Below, piece by piece: positions 19,733 through 29,135 of a DNA stretch of 46,265 nt. The notes under the pieces were generated by a model that was given only the letters and a program-made list of their open reading frames with translations, was not told the origin of the DNA and searched no databases. The stretch is from Methylococcaceae bacterium (GTDB lineage: Bacteria; Pseudomonadota; Gammaproteobacteria; Methylococcales; Methylococcaceae), in contig VEPB01000473.1 of NCBI GenBank assembly GCA_012026715.1, positions 1-46,265 on the forward strand, written 5' to 3'. The position numbers and the translations under genes were made by a program. The stretch's first letter is position 1; every line of letters begins with the position of its first letter.

Positions 19733-20314
19733 TCAGGTCCGGTCGTTGACGCCGATGCCCTGGACGAGGCGCACGTTTCCGTCGGGACTGACCTCGGTAA
19801 TCCGAGCGTTGTTGGACGGACTCATCCCCCAATACATCGCCATATTGTCCTTGCTATTCCCCTGGACCCGTACCTGCCATAAATGAGCCAGCCGCCGCAT
19901 GATCTCCACGCCGGTACCATCGCCGTCGGCAACCCCGCAACCCCGCAGCTCCACCCGTGCATCCGGAGCGAAAAAGGGCTGCAATTGGGCCAGCTGGGTT
20001 GCTAGCAGCTGAATGGTGCGGGCGCCTTATGCATTGCGGGTTTCTACCGATTCACTGGTCCCCGCGACATACTGCAGCCCCAGGCCTTTGTGATTCGCAT
20101 CGACCGACCCGTGCCCCCAGAATGCCAAACACCGGATCGCACCGTATTGCCCCTCTGCGGCATTGATGACCAGATCGATCATCTTGAGTGTGGCATTGGA
20201 CATCCCGCCCATGCGGACGGTGACGGTATTGTGTCCGATCAGGTTGTCGCAGGTATTTATTCCGGCTTGGTCGGAACAGTCGACGATGTCGATGACATAG
20301 GGTTTTGGTTTCAT
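19733..20314 (-). pseudogene. DUF4347-like small protein gene interrupted by a single in-frame TAA (nonsense pseudogene or read-through candidate)
   Basis: ATG 20314 has a GGAG RBS 9 nt upstream (MKPKPYVIDIV...). ORFs 20027..20437 and 19733..19984 share one frame and are separated only by TAA at 20027-20029. The read-through text is ...SVETRNA*GARTIQLLATQLAQLQPFFAPDARVELRGCGVADGDG.... The motifs 'LAFWGHGS' and 'VELRGCGVADGDGTG...LAHLWQVRV' resemble the DUF4347 module. Confidence 0.6.
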
Positions 20315-20594
20315 GGTGAGTGACTCCGGTTGGTCCGAATCCAGGTCGCGGCGAATGCCGAATGTCTTGGTCGCGCTCAGGGCAAGGCAAACATTCGTCT
20401 TTCGGAATCTCTTCGGGATGGATTTTAGCCGGCTCATTCGTCCGCCGACCTCGAGGTCCCCGCCAGCCGCATTTTTTTGCCTGTAAATCGACTGGCCAAA
20501 TCCGCCCTTCGGCTACCCCCGCCCGACCGTATTCGCCCCTGCGCCGGACGGCAATTCTCGTGTAGAATTTCAGGGACTTCGGCCTGCCAACACC

Positions 20595-21350
20595 ATGCAC
20601 ATTCTCCTCAGTAACGACGACGGCTATTCCGCACCCGGCCTGATCACCCTGGCCAATGCCTTGAAAGAGCATGCAAACGTCACCGTGGTGGCCCCGGAAC
20701 GCAATCGCAGCGGGGCCAGCAACTCCCTCACCCTCGACCGCCCGTTACACGTCAGCCGGACCGACAACGGTTTTTTCAAGATCGACGGCACCCCCACCGA
20801 CTGCGTCCACCTGGCCATCACCGGCCTGTTGGAGCGCGAGCCCGACATGGTGTTCGCGGGGATCAACCACGGCGGTAATCTCGGCGACGACGTGATCTAT
20901 TCCGGAACCGTCGCCGCCGCTACCGAAGGCCGCTTCCTGGGGTTGCCGGCGGTGGCCATTTCCCTGGCCGGCATCGTCCCCACCCATTTCGACTCGGCCG
21001 CCCGCGTCGCCGTGGAGCTGATGAACCACATCCGCCGCCATCCCCTGCCGGCCGACACCATCCTCAATGTCAACGTACCCGACGTCCCCTTTACCGAACT
21101 GAAGGGTTTTCAGGCGACCCGGCTGGGCCAGCGCCACAAGGCCGAACCGGTGGTGCGCGGCAGCGATCCCCGCGGCCGGGAAATCTTCTGGATCGGCCTC
21201 GCCGGCCCCGAGCAAGATGCCGGCCCCGGCACCGACTTTCACGCCATCCGCCACCACTACGTGTCGGTGACCCCCTTGCAGATCGACCTGACCCGCTACG
21301 AGAGTCTCGAAACGCTGATGGACTGGCTGCCGGAAACCGCGCTGTCATGA
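20595..21350 (+). CDS. surE: 5'/3'-nucleotidase SurE
   Basis: 251 aa. '[15 protein letters not shown]', '[16 protein letters not shown]' and '[10 protein letters not shown]'. Confidence 0.96.
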   Translation: MHILLSNDDGYSAPGLITLANALKEHANVTVVAPERNRSGASNSLTLDRPLHVSRTDNGFFKIDGTPTDCVHLAITGLLEREPDMVFAGINHGGNLGDDVIYSGTVAAATEGRFLGLPAVAISLAGIVPTHFDSAARVAVELMNHIRRHPLPADTILNVNVPDVPFTELKGFQATRLGQRHKAEPVVRGSDPRGREIFWIGLAGPEQDAGPGTDFHAIRHHYVSVTPLQIDLTRYESLETLMDWLPETALS

Positions 21351-21373
21351 ATCGCCGGCTGGAAGGTAGCGGC

Positions 21374-22018
21374 ATGACCTCGCGGCGCACCCGCGAGCGC
21401 ATGATCGCCCGCATCCGCGAACAGGGGGTGCGAAATCAGGCGGTGCTCGACGTGATGCTCAAGACCCCGCGCCACATCTTCGTGGAAGAGGCCTTCGCCA
21501 GCCGCGCCTACGAGGACATGCCGCTGCCCATCGGCTTCAATCAGACCATCTCCCAGCCCTATATCGTCGCCCGCATGACCGAACTGCTGCTGGAGAAGGG
21601 GCCGCGCGCCAAGGTGCTGGAGGTAGGCACCGGCTCCGGTTACCAGACGGCCGTCCTGTGCCAGCTGACCAAGCTGGTGTATTCGGTGGAACGCATCTAT
21701 CCGCTGCAGCAGCGGGCGCGCCGCTGCCTGCAGGACCTGCAGCTGCGCAACGTCCGTCTCAAGCACAGCGACGGCAACTGGGGCTGGGAGGATTACGCTC
21801 CCTACGACGGCATCCTGGTCACCGCGGCGCCGGCCGAGACGCCCCAGGCCCTGCTGGAGCAACTGGCGCCCGGTGGAGTGCTGGTAATGCCGGTAGGCGA
21901 TGGGCGCGACCAGATCCTGCAACGCATCACCCGCACCGAATCCAGCTTTGAGGTCGAAGAGCTGGAACCGGTGATCTTCGTTCCACTGCTGGGGGGCCTG
22001 GTGGACCGCTCCGCCTGA
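21374..22018 (+). CDS. pcm: protein-L-isoaspartate O-methyltransferase
   Basis: ATG 21374 ([11 protein letters not shown]) has a GGAAGG RBS; ATG 21347 is an alternative start overlapping the surE stop. '[22 protein letters not shown]' and '[15 protein letters not shown]'. Confidence 0.95.
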   Translation: MTSRRTRERMIARIREQGVRNQAVLDVMLKTPRHIFVEEAFASRAYEDMPLPIGFNQTISQPYIVARMTELLLEKGPRAKVLEVGTGSGYQTAVLCQLTKLVYSVERIYPLQQRARRCLQDLQLRNVRLKHSDGNWGWEDYAPYDGILVTAAPAETPQALLEQLAPGGVLVMPVGDGRDQILQRITRTESSFEVEELEPVIFVPLLGGLVDRSA

Positions 22019-22064
22019 GCAAAACCCGCCAATATCATCCGGCTCTCCAACATCCGAGATTATC

Positions 22065-22670
22065 ATGCTCCACGAAGCGATCGTTTGGCTGGTCGACACG
22101 ATCAGTTCCTTAGGCTACACCGGCATCTTCCTGCTGATGGCGATGGAAAGCTCGGTGCTGCCGGTGCCCAGCGAACTGGTGATGCCGCCAGCCGGCTATC
22201 TGGTCCAACAAGGCCGCATGGACATGTTCCTGGTCATCCTGGCGGGCACCCTGGGCAGCTGGGTCGGCGCCTACGCCAACTATTTCGCCGCCCGGCTGCT
22301 GGGACGGCCGCTACTGCTGCGCTACGGCAAATACATCGGCCTGACCGAACACCATTTCGGCCGGGTCGAGCACTTCTTCCGCCAGCACGGCGAAATATCC
22401 ACCTTCATCGGCCGATTGCTGCCGGTGATTCGCCACCTGATCTCGCTACCGGCAGGGCTGGCCCGCATGAACCATCTGAGGTTTTCCCTCTACACCCTGG
22501 CGGGTTCCACCCTCTGGGTGTCGATCCTGGCCTGGATCGGCTATTTCATTGGCGAAAACCAGGAGCTGATCCTCAAATACTCCCATCAGGCCGTGATCGA
22601 CGTCATTGCCTTCAGCATCATCCTGGCAGCCGGCTATATCTGGCTGCACAAACGGCGCACGGCACGTTGA
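22065..22670 (+). CDS. DedA-family inner membrane protein
   Basis: 201 aa and multi-TM. 'GIFLLMAMESSVLPVPSELVMPPAGYL' and 'FIGRLLPVIRHLISLPAG' are DedA/SNARE-associated signatures. Confidence 0.9.
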   Translation: MLHEAIVWLVDTISSLGYTGIFLLMAMESSVLPVPSELVMPPAGYLVQQGRMDMFLVILAGTLGSWVGAYANYFAARLLGRPLLLRYGKYIGLTEHHFGRVEHFFRQHGEISTFIGRLLPVIRHLISLPAGLARMNHLRFSLYTLAGSTLWVSILAWIGYFIGENQELILKYSHQAVIDVIAFSIILAAGYIWLHKRRTAR

Positions 22671-22784
22671 GCGGCAGCCTGCGGCGCCTGGCAGGGGAGG
22701 GCCTTCCGAAGAATTCCGGACAGCTGCGGAATCGACCGCTGCTCGCGGATCTCGTTGCCGCGCCTCCGGATATCCGGACATTCT

Positions 22785-23321
22785 TCAGTCACTAAGCACG
22801 TCCAGGCACCAGGACTTCAGGTCGTCGTACGGAGCGCCAGGAAGCTCGGGGCGGGACTCCACCAGGTCCAGTTTGCGTGGGCGCCAACCGATGGGTGCGA
22901 AGCTCGGGTCCGTGGGCAGCCGGTGGGCGTGACGCGCGATGGTGAGGTGAGGCCGGTAAGGTCGCCGCTCGACAGCAAAACCTTCAGCCGCCAACTTTCG
23001 GCTCAGTTCGGCCACCAGCCCTCCCAACGGTTCCGGGGTCTCCCCCGTCAGGCACAACACCTGCGGCCGGGGCCACAGTTCCAGACGGTCAAACTGCACC
23101 GACAGCGGCTCAACGAGCCGCAGCGATTGACCGATCGCTTCCAGCACCGGGAATCGATCGAATGGGACGTCGCCCAGAAATGCCAGGGTCAGGTGCAGCT
23201 TCTCCGGCGCCATCCAGCGACAGCGCAGCGATGCCCGCCACGGTTGACTGAGGGCCACGATGCGGTCGCGCAGTCCCTGATCCAGCCCCAGCGCGAAAAA
23301 CAGCCGGGCGCAGTTAGCCAT
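22785..23321 (-). CDS. thpR: RNA 2',3'-cyclic phosphodiesterase (2H-phosphoesterase, LigT/ThpR)
   Basis: 178 aa with two HxT/S motifs: 'KLHLTLAFLG' and 'RPHLTIAR'. The start overlaps the stop of the upstream cinA-like gene by 8 nt. Confidence 0.85.
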   Translation of the reverse strand: MANCARLFFALGLDQGLRDRIVALSQPWRASLRCRWMAPEKLHLTLAFLGDVPFDRFPVLEAIGQSLRLVEPLSVQFDRLELWPRPQVLCLTGETPEPLGGLVAELSRKLAAEGFAVERRPYRPHLTIARHAHRLPTDPSFAPIGWRPRKLDLVESRPELPGAPYDDLKSWCLDVLSD

Positions 23322-23826
23322 AGAGATCCAGCACCCCGCCCAGGGCGATGGCCACCGCTTGGCGGCGCACGGCGCGGCGATCTCCGGTCAGGTTCCGGGT
23401 CAAGGTAACCGCTTCACCGATCCGTCGCTGCCAGGCAAAACAAACCGTCCCCACCGGCTTCTCGGCGGAACCGCCACCGGGACCCGCGATTCCGCTGACC
23501 GCGGCGGCGCAATCGGCCCCGCTGGCCCGCAGGGCGCCGGCCGCCATGGCCGCGACGGTCGCCTCGCTCACCGCGCCGGCGTGCTCCAGAATTTGCTGCG
23601 GCACCGCCAGCAACTGGCTCTTGGATTCGTTGCTGTAGGTCACGTAGCCGCGCTCGAACCACTGGGAACTGCCCGCCACGTCGGTGACGCACTGGGCGAT
23701 CCAGCCGCCGGTGCAGGATTCCGCCACAACCAGCCGCTCGGCTCGTGCCATCAGCACGAACCCGACCCGTGCCGCCAGGGCATAGAGATCATCGTCGCTC
23801 GGAATCGGTTCGTTGGCAGTCTGCAT
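23314..23826 (-). CDS. pncC: CinA C-terminal-domain protein / nicotinamide-nucleotide amidohydrolase PncC
   Basis: 170 aa. 'VVAESCTGGWIAQCVTDVAGSSQWFERGYVTYSNESK' and 'VSGIAGPGGG...KPVGTVCFAW' are typical of the CinA_C family. Confidence 0.9.
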   Translation of the reverse strand: MQTANEPIPSDDDLYALAARVGFVLMARAERLVVAESCTGGWIAQCVTDVAGSSQWFERGYVTYSNESKSQLLAVPQQILEHAGAVSEATVAAMAAGALRASGADCAAAVSGIAGPGGGSAEKPVGTVCFAWQRRIGEAVTLTRNLTGDRRAVRRQAVAIALGGVLDLYG

Positions 23827-23927
23827 GAGGGATAGGCTTAGGGCGCCTGGACATTAGGTTAACCGGCCGGCTCGCGTTATCATCGCCCGGTACCCGGCCG
23901 CGCCCGGCCCCCCGGCACGAGGAATCC

Positions 23928-24245
23928 ATGATACCGCCCATCCGCTCCATCGTCCCCGGCGTCCTGATCGCCGCGGCGATCGTCCCGCTGCCGGCGGCGG
24001 CCGCCCGGCCCGCCCCGGCCACCTTGGCGCTGGGATGTTCCGGTTGCCACGGCACCGGCGGAAAACCCCAGGGCATCACCCCCGTCCTGGCCGGCAAGCC
24101 CGAGGGCGAGTTGCTGCGGAGCCTGCGCGACTTCAAGTCCGGCCGCCGCAAGTCTTCCATCATGAACCGCATCGCCGCCGGCTACCAGGATTCCGACCTG
24201 GTGGAATTGGCTCACCATTTTGCCACCGGGGGTAGCGAGCCATGA
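23928..24245 (+). CDS. fccA: monohaem cytochrome c subunit of flavocytochrome c sulfide dehydrogenase (FccA/SoxE-like)
   Basis: 105 aa. It has a signal peptide and a single 'CSGCHG' haem-binding site. The stop overlaps the ATG of the flavoprotein gene (ATGA). Confidence 0.8.
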   Translation: MIPPIRSIVPGVLIAAAIVPLPAAAARPAPATLALGCSGCHGTGGKPQGITPVLAGKPEGELLRSLRDFKSGRRKSSIMNRIAAGYQDSDLVELAHHFATGGSEP

Positions 24246-25507
24246 TGGACCGGCGCCGATTTCTCGCAGGACTGGCCGCAGCCGGCGCCGGGACCCTGGC
24301 GGGCTGCTCCTTCAACCCGCTGAACTGGGGCAACGCCAAGGTGGTGGTGATCGGCGGCGGCTACGGCGGCGCGACGGCCGCCAAATACCTCAAGCTGCTC
24401 GATCCTTCGCTCGACGTGACCCTGGTCGACAAGCGCAACAGCCACCTGTCCTGCCCCGGTTCCAACGAGGTGCTGGCGGGCTGGCGCGAGCTGGAATCGC
24501 TGCACCGCGACTTCCGGCGGCTGCGCAAAGCCTATGATATCCGGGTGATCCAGGCCGAAGTGGAGGCCATCGACGGGGTCAAACGCCGGGTCCGGCTGAA
24601 CACCAAGGATAAGCTGGAGTATGACCGGCTGGTGATCTCGCCGGGCATCGATTTCCGCTGGAAGGCCATCGACGGCTACGGTCGCGCCGCCAGCCTCAAG
24701 GCGCCCCACGCCTGGATCGCGGGGGAGCAGACCAAGCTGCTGCACAAACAGCTGAAGGCCATGGACGACGGCGGCGTCGTCCTGATCACCGCGCCCGCCA
24801 ACCCTTATCGCTGTCCGCCGGGGCCCTACGAGCGCGCCTCTCTCATCGCCGCCTATTTGAAGCGCTACAAGCCGCGTTCCAAGGTCATCATCCTCGACGC
24901 CAAGACCCAGTTCTCCAAACAAAAGCTCTTCCTCAAAGGTTGGCAGGAACTTTATCCGGGCATGGTGGAATGGGTGTCGTCCGAAAAGGAAGGGCAGATC
25001 GATCACGTCGATGTGATCCGCAAGATCGTCCAAACCGAGTTCAACGAACACCGCGCCAACGTGCTCAACATCATTCCCCCGCAGCGGGCGGCATCGATCG
25101 CCAGCAAGGCCGGCCTGACCGATGCCAGCGGTTGGTGTCCGGTCGACCCCGCCAATTTTGCCTCCACCCGAGTGCCCCACATCCACGTGATCGGCGACGC
25201 CTGCATCGCCACGCCCATGCCCAAGTCCGCCTTCGCCGCCAACTCCCAAGCCAAAGTCTGCGCCCGCGCCATCGTGGAGGACTTGCAGGAGCGCGATCCT
25301 GGCCCGCCGTCACTGGTCAACCATTGCTACAGTTTTCTGGCGCCCGACTACGCCATTTCCATCAGCGGCATCTACGAACTGGGCCGCAAGGGCCACGAAC
25401 TGATGGCGACAGCGACCGGCGAGACCCCCTTGGACGCGGACCGCCGCCAGGAAGCCCGCTTCGCCCGGGATTGGCAGACCAACATCCGGGCGGATACCTT
25501 CGAGTAA
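24242..25507 (+). CDS. fccB: flavocytochrome c sulfide dehydrogenase flavoprotein subunit (FccB/SoxF-like)
   Basis: 421 aa. Tat leader 'MMDRRRFLAGLAAAGAG', FAD fold 'VVVIGGGYGGATAAKYLK', 'PYRCPPGPYERA' and 'IHVIGDA'. Confidence 0.9.
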   Translation: MMDRRRFLAGLAAAGAGTLAGCSFNPLNWGNAKVVVIGGGYGGATAAKYLKLLDPSLDVTLVDKRNSHLSCPGSNEVLAGWRELESLHRDFRRLRKAYDIRVIQAEVEAIDGVKRRVRLNTKDKLEYDRLVISPGIDFRWKAIDGYGRAASLKAPHAWIAGEQTKLLHKQLKAMDDGGVVLITAPANPYRCPPGPYERASLIAAYLKRYKPRSKVIILDAKTQFSKQKLFLKGWQELYPGMVEWVSSEKEGQIDHVDVIRKIVQTEFNEHRANVLNIIPPQRAASIASKAGLTDASGWCPVDPANFASTRVPHIHVIGDACIATPMPKSAFAANSQAKVCARAIVEDLQERDPGPPSLVNHCYSFLAPDYAISISGIYELGRKGHELMATATGETPLDADRRQEARFARDWQTNIRADTFE

Positions 25508-25535
25508 GGAAGCGCGCCATCCGGCGCCGGCGAAA

Positions 25536-25775
25536 TCAGCCGAAGATTTTCGCCTGCATCTGTTGTTTTTCCATGCCCGCCGCCAAAGCATCCGCCAACT
25601 CGGTCACCCGCTGCCGCTCCGACTTGTCGAGACGCCGGTAAATCCGCTGATAGAGCAGGTTAAAACGAACGATATCGGCAGGCCCGTAAGGTTCCGGCAA
25701 GCCTGAAATGAGATCGCGCAGTTCACCGAAGTACCTCGACGCGCTGCGCCGGGCACTGGAATCGGGGTGGCTCAT
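25536..25775 (-). CDS. hypothetical 79-aa protein behind a sigma-54 promoter (nif-regulon candidate)
   Basis: ATG 25775 with GAGG 7 nt upstream. A near-consensus -24/-12 promoter lies about 40 nt upstream on the same strand. The protein is predicted helical and basic/acidic; I recognise no family. Confidence 0.6.
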   Translation of the reverse strand: MSHPDSSARRSASRYFGELRDLISGLPEPYGPADIVRFNLLYQRIYRRLDKSERQRVTELADALAAGMEKQQMQAKIFG

Positions 25776-25811
25776 GGATTAACCTCAGTTGTGAAGTGGA
25801 CACTGCGGCGA

Positions 25812-25827
25812 TGCAATTTGGTTGCCA
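25812..25827 (-). promoter_or_regulatory. sigma-54 (-24/-12) promoter for the 79-aa gene
   Basis: The minus strand reads TGGCAA-ccaaa-TTGCA (consensus TGGCAC-N5-TTGCA) with correct GG/GC spacing. The -12 element is about 37 nt from ATG 25775. Confidence 0.65.
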
Positions 25828-25955
25828 TCGTCGCCAATGCACCATTTTCGCAATCCGCCCCGGGCCGCCCCGTCCCGTATGGCGCAACCCACTAATCCTG
25901 CGGGACTTCCAGTGCTCTGCCCTGGGGCGGACGGCGAGTGTGCGCCCCACGTCCC

Positions 25956-25971
25956 TGTCGCGTTCGCGACA
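25956..25971. promoter_or_regulatory. NifA-type upstream activator sequence (TGT-N10-ACA), palindromic, shared by divergent promoters
   Basis: TGTCGCGTTCGCGACA is a perfect palindrome, TGTCGCG-TT-CGCGACA. It lies about 130 bp from both the minus-strand -24 element (25827) and the plus-strand candidate (26101). Confidence 0.6.
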
Positions 25972-26093
25972 ATCCCCACCCGTCTTGCACGGGTTCGGAC
26001 ATTGAACCGCCGCCGACCCTTCCAACCATTTCCCGACGCCACCGCTTCAACCCTCAGAAGAACAGGGACATAAGGCTGAACGCCGCCCCTTGA

Positions 26094-26723
<630 letters not shown>

Positions 26724-26747
26724 CCGAAACCGGAGAACCTAGCAATT

Positions 26748-26966
26748 ATGGCGATTCAAACCATCAAGGCCTTCTCAGAAAAGGCCAAGACCGACGCCGA
26801 CCTGGGCGCCAAGCTGAAGGAGTGCCTGAAGATCCGCGAACTGCTCACCGTCGCCAGGGAGGCAGGCTTCGACATCGACGAAGTCGAGCTCTATCCGCCC
26901 AATGAGCCGCAATTCACCGAGGACCAGTTGTCCGAGAAATTGGTCAAGGCGTTGCTGCGCGCCTAA
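26748..26966 (+). CDS. Nif11-domain protein
   Basis: 72 aa. 'IKAFSEKAKTDADLGAKLKEC...LLTVAREAGFDIDEVEL' fits the Nif11 (PF07862-type) pattern. There is no Cys/Ser/Thr-rich core or GG cleavage motif, so this is not an obvious RiPP precursor. Confidence 0.8.
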   Translation: MAIQTIKAFSEKAKTDADLGAKLKECLKIRELLTVAREAGFDIDEVELYPPNEPQFTEDQLSEKLVKALLRA

Positions 26967-27024
26967 TCCTTGCGTCCGGGCCTGCGGCGCTGGCAGGCCC
27001 CTTCCTTGCCCACCCCATTGTCCC

Positions 27025-27327
27025 ATGTCCGAGATTTCCGGCGACTGCCGTTATTTCCTAACCTACACTGGCGTCAAGCTGCCGTTCAAGCTCTCTTCGC
27101 CGCTGCAACCTACCCAGATCGAAAACCGCAATACCTATTTCCGGGGCTACTTCGACGGCACCGACCGGCTGATCGCCCTGCAGAAGATGGTGTATGGCGA
27201 AATCGAACTGGAGCATCGCTACCGGTTTGATGATGCCGGAACCCTGCGGCGCGCGGAAATCACCGATTGTGACGGTGAACTGACGATTCTTGAGTTCGAC
27301 GAATCGGGCCAGCCGGTCTCCGGCTAA
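27025..27327 (+). CDS. hypothetical 100-aa protein (nif-cluster associated)
   Basis: ATG 27025 (MSEISGDCRYFLTYTG...) within track ORF 26902..27327. A strong terminator-like hairpin follows. I recognise no family. Confidence 0.55.
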   Translation: MSEISGDCRYFLTYTGVKLPFKLSSPLQPTQIENRNTYFRGYFDGTDRLIALQKMVYGEIELEHRYRFDDAGTLRRAEITDCDGELTILEFDESGQPVSG

Positions 27328-27340
27328 TTGCAACGGCAAG

Positions 27341-27367
27341 GGCTTGGGCCTATCGATGGCCCAAGCC
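27341..27367 (+). terminator. stem-loop terminator candidate ending the flavodoxin-Nif11-orf100 unit
   Basis: GGCTTGGGCC-tatcgat-GGCCCAAGCC, a perfect 10-bp stem 14 nt after the stop at 27327. The trailing sequence is only moderately T-rich. Confidence 0.5.
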
Positions 27368-27490
27368 GGCCCCGCGCTTCCTGTCTTACCAAATCGTACC
27401 TCTGTGTACCAATCGGTACGGTCGCTTCAGCCGCAGCGTCCAATCGAAGCAATTCCATCGCTACTTCAAGGTTTTAGAGCCCCGCCTGGG

Positions 27491-27506
27491 TGTCGGGCAG
27501 ACGACA
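27491..27506. promoter_or_regulatory. NifA-type UAS 1 upstream of nifB
   Basis: TGTCGGGCAGACGACA = TGT-N10-ACA, centred about 82 bp upstream of the -24 GG. Confidence 0.55.
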
Positions 27507-27519
27507 AAGCCGAAAGCGA

Positions 27520-27535
27520 TGTCACGTTTACAACA
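27520..27535. promoter_or_regulatory. NifA-type UAS 2 upstream of nifB
   Basis: TGTCACGTTTACAACA = TGT-N10-ACA, centred about 54 bp upstream of the -24 GG. Confidence 0.55.
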
Positions 27536-27579
27536 GCCCGACAACCAAGACTTCTTCGATAACTCAATACCTTATGGCG

Positions 27580-27595
27580 TGGCACACATGCTGCT
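27580..27595 (+). promoter_or_regulatory. sigma-54 (-24/-12) promoter of the nifB operon
   Basis: TGGCAC-acatg-CTGCT with canonical GG-N10-GC spacing, about 45 nt upstream of ATG 27639. Confidence 0.8.
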
Positions 27596-27638
27596 ATCCA
27601 GCACAGTGAGAAACCCAATACCAGCGAGGTTGCCCATC

Positions 27639-29129
27639 ATGGAATTGCCCGTCTTGAATGCCCATCAGCCCGCAGCGGCGAAAGGGGGCTGCAGCGCCTC
27701 CTCCTGCGGCTCCACCGACGACCAGGTCAACCAACTCCCGGACCACATCCGCGAGAAGGTGCAGAACCACCCCTGTTATTCCGAGGACGCCCACCACTAT
27801 TTTGCGCGGATGCACGTGGCGGTGGCCCCGGCCTGCAACATCCAGTGCCACTACTGCAACCGCAAATACGATTGCGCCAACGAATCCCGACCCGGCGTGG
27901 TTTCGGAACTGCTGACACCGGAACAGGCGGTGAAGAAGACCATGGCGGTGGCCGCCACCATCCCGCAGATGACCGTGCTGGGCATCGCCGGCCCCGGCGA
28001 CCCCCTCGCCAACCCGGAACGCACCTTCGCCACCTTCCGCATGCTCACCGAGCAGGCGCCCGACATCAAGCTGTGCGTGTCCACCAACGGCCTGTCCCTG
28101 CCCGAATCGGTGGAAGAGCTGTCCAAGGCCAACATCGACCACGTCACCATCACCATCAACACCGTGGACGCCGAGATCGGCGCCCAGATCTATCCCTGGA
28201 TCTTCTGGAAGAACCGCCGCATCAAGGGCAAGAAAGGCGCCCAGATCCTCATCGACCAGCAGCAGAAGGGGCTGGAGATGCTGGTGGCGAAGGGCATCCT
28301 GGTCAAGGTCAATTCCGTGATGATCCCCGGCATCAACGACCAGCACCTGGCGGAAGTCAGCAAGATCGTCAAGTCCAAGGGCGCCTTTCTGCACAACGTC
28401 ATGCCGCTGATCGCCGAAGCCGAGCACGGCACCTTCTACGGGGTCATGGGACAGCGCGGTCCCAGTCCGGACGAGTTGATGGACCTGCAGGAAGCTTGCT
28501 CCGGCGACATGAACATGATGCGCCACTGCCGCCAGTGCCGTGCCGACGCGGTGGGCCTTCTGGGCGAAGACCGCGGCTCCGAGTTCACCCTGGACAAGAT
28601 CGACGCCATGGAAATCGACTACGCCGCCGCCATGGAAATGCGCAAGCAGGTGCACGAAGGCATCCTCTCCGACATGGAGGAAAAGCGCGCAGCCCAGGCT
28701 GCCAAGTCCAAGCCCAAGGTTCCCGCGGGCACCCGCCCGGTGCTGATGGCCGTCGCCACCACCGGCCAGAGCCTGATCAACCAGCACTTTGGCCACGCCA
28801 AGGAGTTCCAGATCTACCAGGCGTCGCCGGAAGGCGTGAAGTTCATGAGCCATCGCAAGACCGATCAATACTGCTCCGGCGATTCCACCTGCGGCGAGGC
28901 TGAATCGGCGCTGGCGCGCACCATCCGCTCCCTGGAGGGCTGCGAGGCGGTGCTGTGTTCCAAGATCGGCTACGAGCCCTGGGACCTGCTGGAACAGGCC
29001 GGCATCATGCCCAATGGCGAGCACGCCATGGAGAACATCGAGGATGCTGTGATGGCGGTCTACCTGGAAATGCTGGCGGCCGGCAAGCTGGCCGAAGAGC
29101 CGGAAAAGAAACAGCGGGCAAATGCGTGA
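27639..29129 (+). CDS. nifB: nitrogenase FeMo-cofactor biosynthesis radical-SAM protein NifB
   Basis: ATG 27639 (MELPVLNAH...) with a GAGG RBS 9 nt upstream, 496 aa. Radical-SAM 'CNIQCHYCNRKYDC', 'GIAGPGDPLAN', 'HVTITINT' and a C-terminal NifX-like domain ('INQHFGHAKEFQIY'). The track start 27519 would place the promoter and UAS inside the CDS, so I reject it. Confidence 0.96.
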   Translation: MELPVLNAHQPAAAKGGCSASSCGSTDDQVNQLPDHIREKVQNHPCYSEDAHHYFARMHVAVAPACNIQCHYCNRKYDCANESRPGVVSELLTPEQAVKKTMAVAATIPQMTVLGIAGPGDPLANPERTFATFRMLTEQAPDIKLCVSTNGLSLPESVEELSKANIDHVTITINTVDAEIGAQIYPWIFWKNRRIKGKKGAQILIDQQQKGLEMLVAKGILVKVNSVMIPGINDQHLAEVSKIVKSKGAFLHNVMPLIAEAEHGTFYGVMGQRGPSPDELMDLQEACSGDMNMMRHCRQCRADAVGLLGEDRGSEFTLDKIDAMEIDYAAAMEMRKQVHEGILSDMEEKRAAQAAKSKPKVPAGTRPVLMAVATTGQSLINQHFGHAKEFQIYQASPEGVKFMSHRKTDQYCSGDSTCGEAESALARTIRSLEGCEAVLCSKIGYEPWDLLEQAGIMPNGEHAMENIEDAVMAVYLEMLAAGKLAEEPEKKQRANA

Positions 29130-29135
29130 CCGTAA

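Noticed and set aside
25508-25535. Short GCGCC-atcc-GGCGC hairpin between convergent fccB and the 79-aa gene, as a bidirectional terminator
   Set aside because: The stem is only 5 bp and has no U-tract, which is too weak to annotate.
27519-27638. N-terminal 40-aa extension of NifB in the ORF track. Analogous upstream extensions occur at 5833 (leuC), 8543 (asd), 12714 (Hsp70-like), 17650 (EBP), 18713 (tlpA-like), 26100 (flavodoxin), 32523 (SIR2-like) and 40070 (ligase).
   Set aside because: These extensions overlap promoters, upstream genes or non-conserved sequence. Internal ATGs with RBSs give products of the canonical family length.
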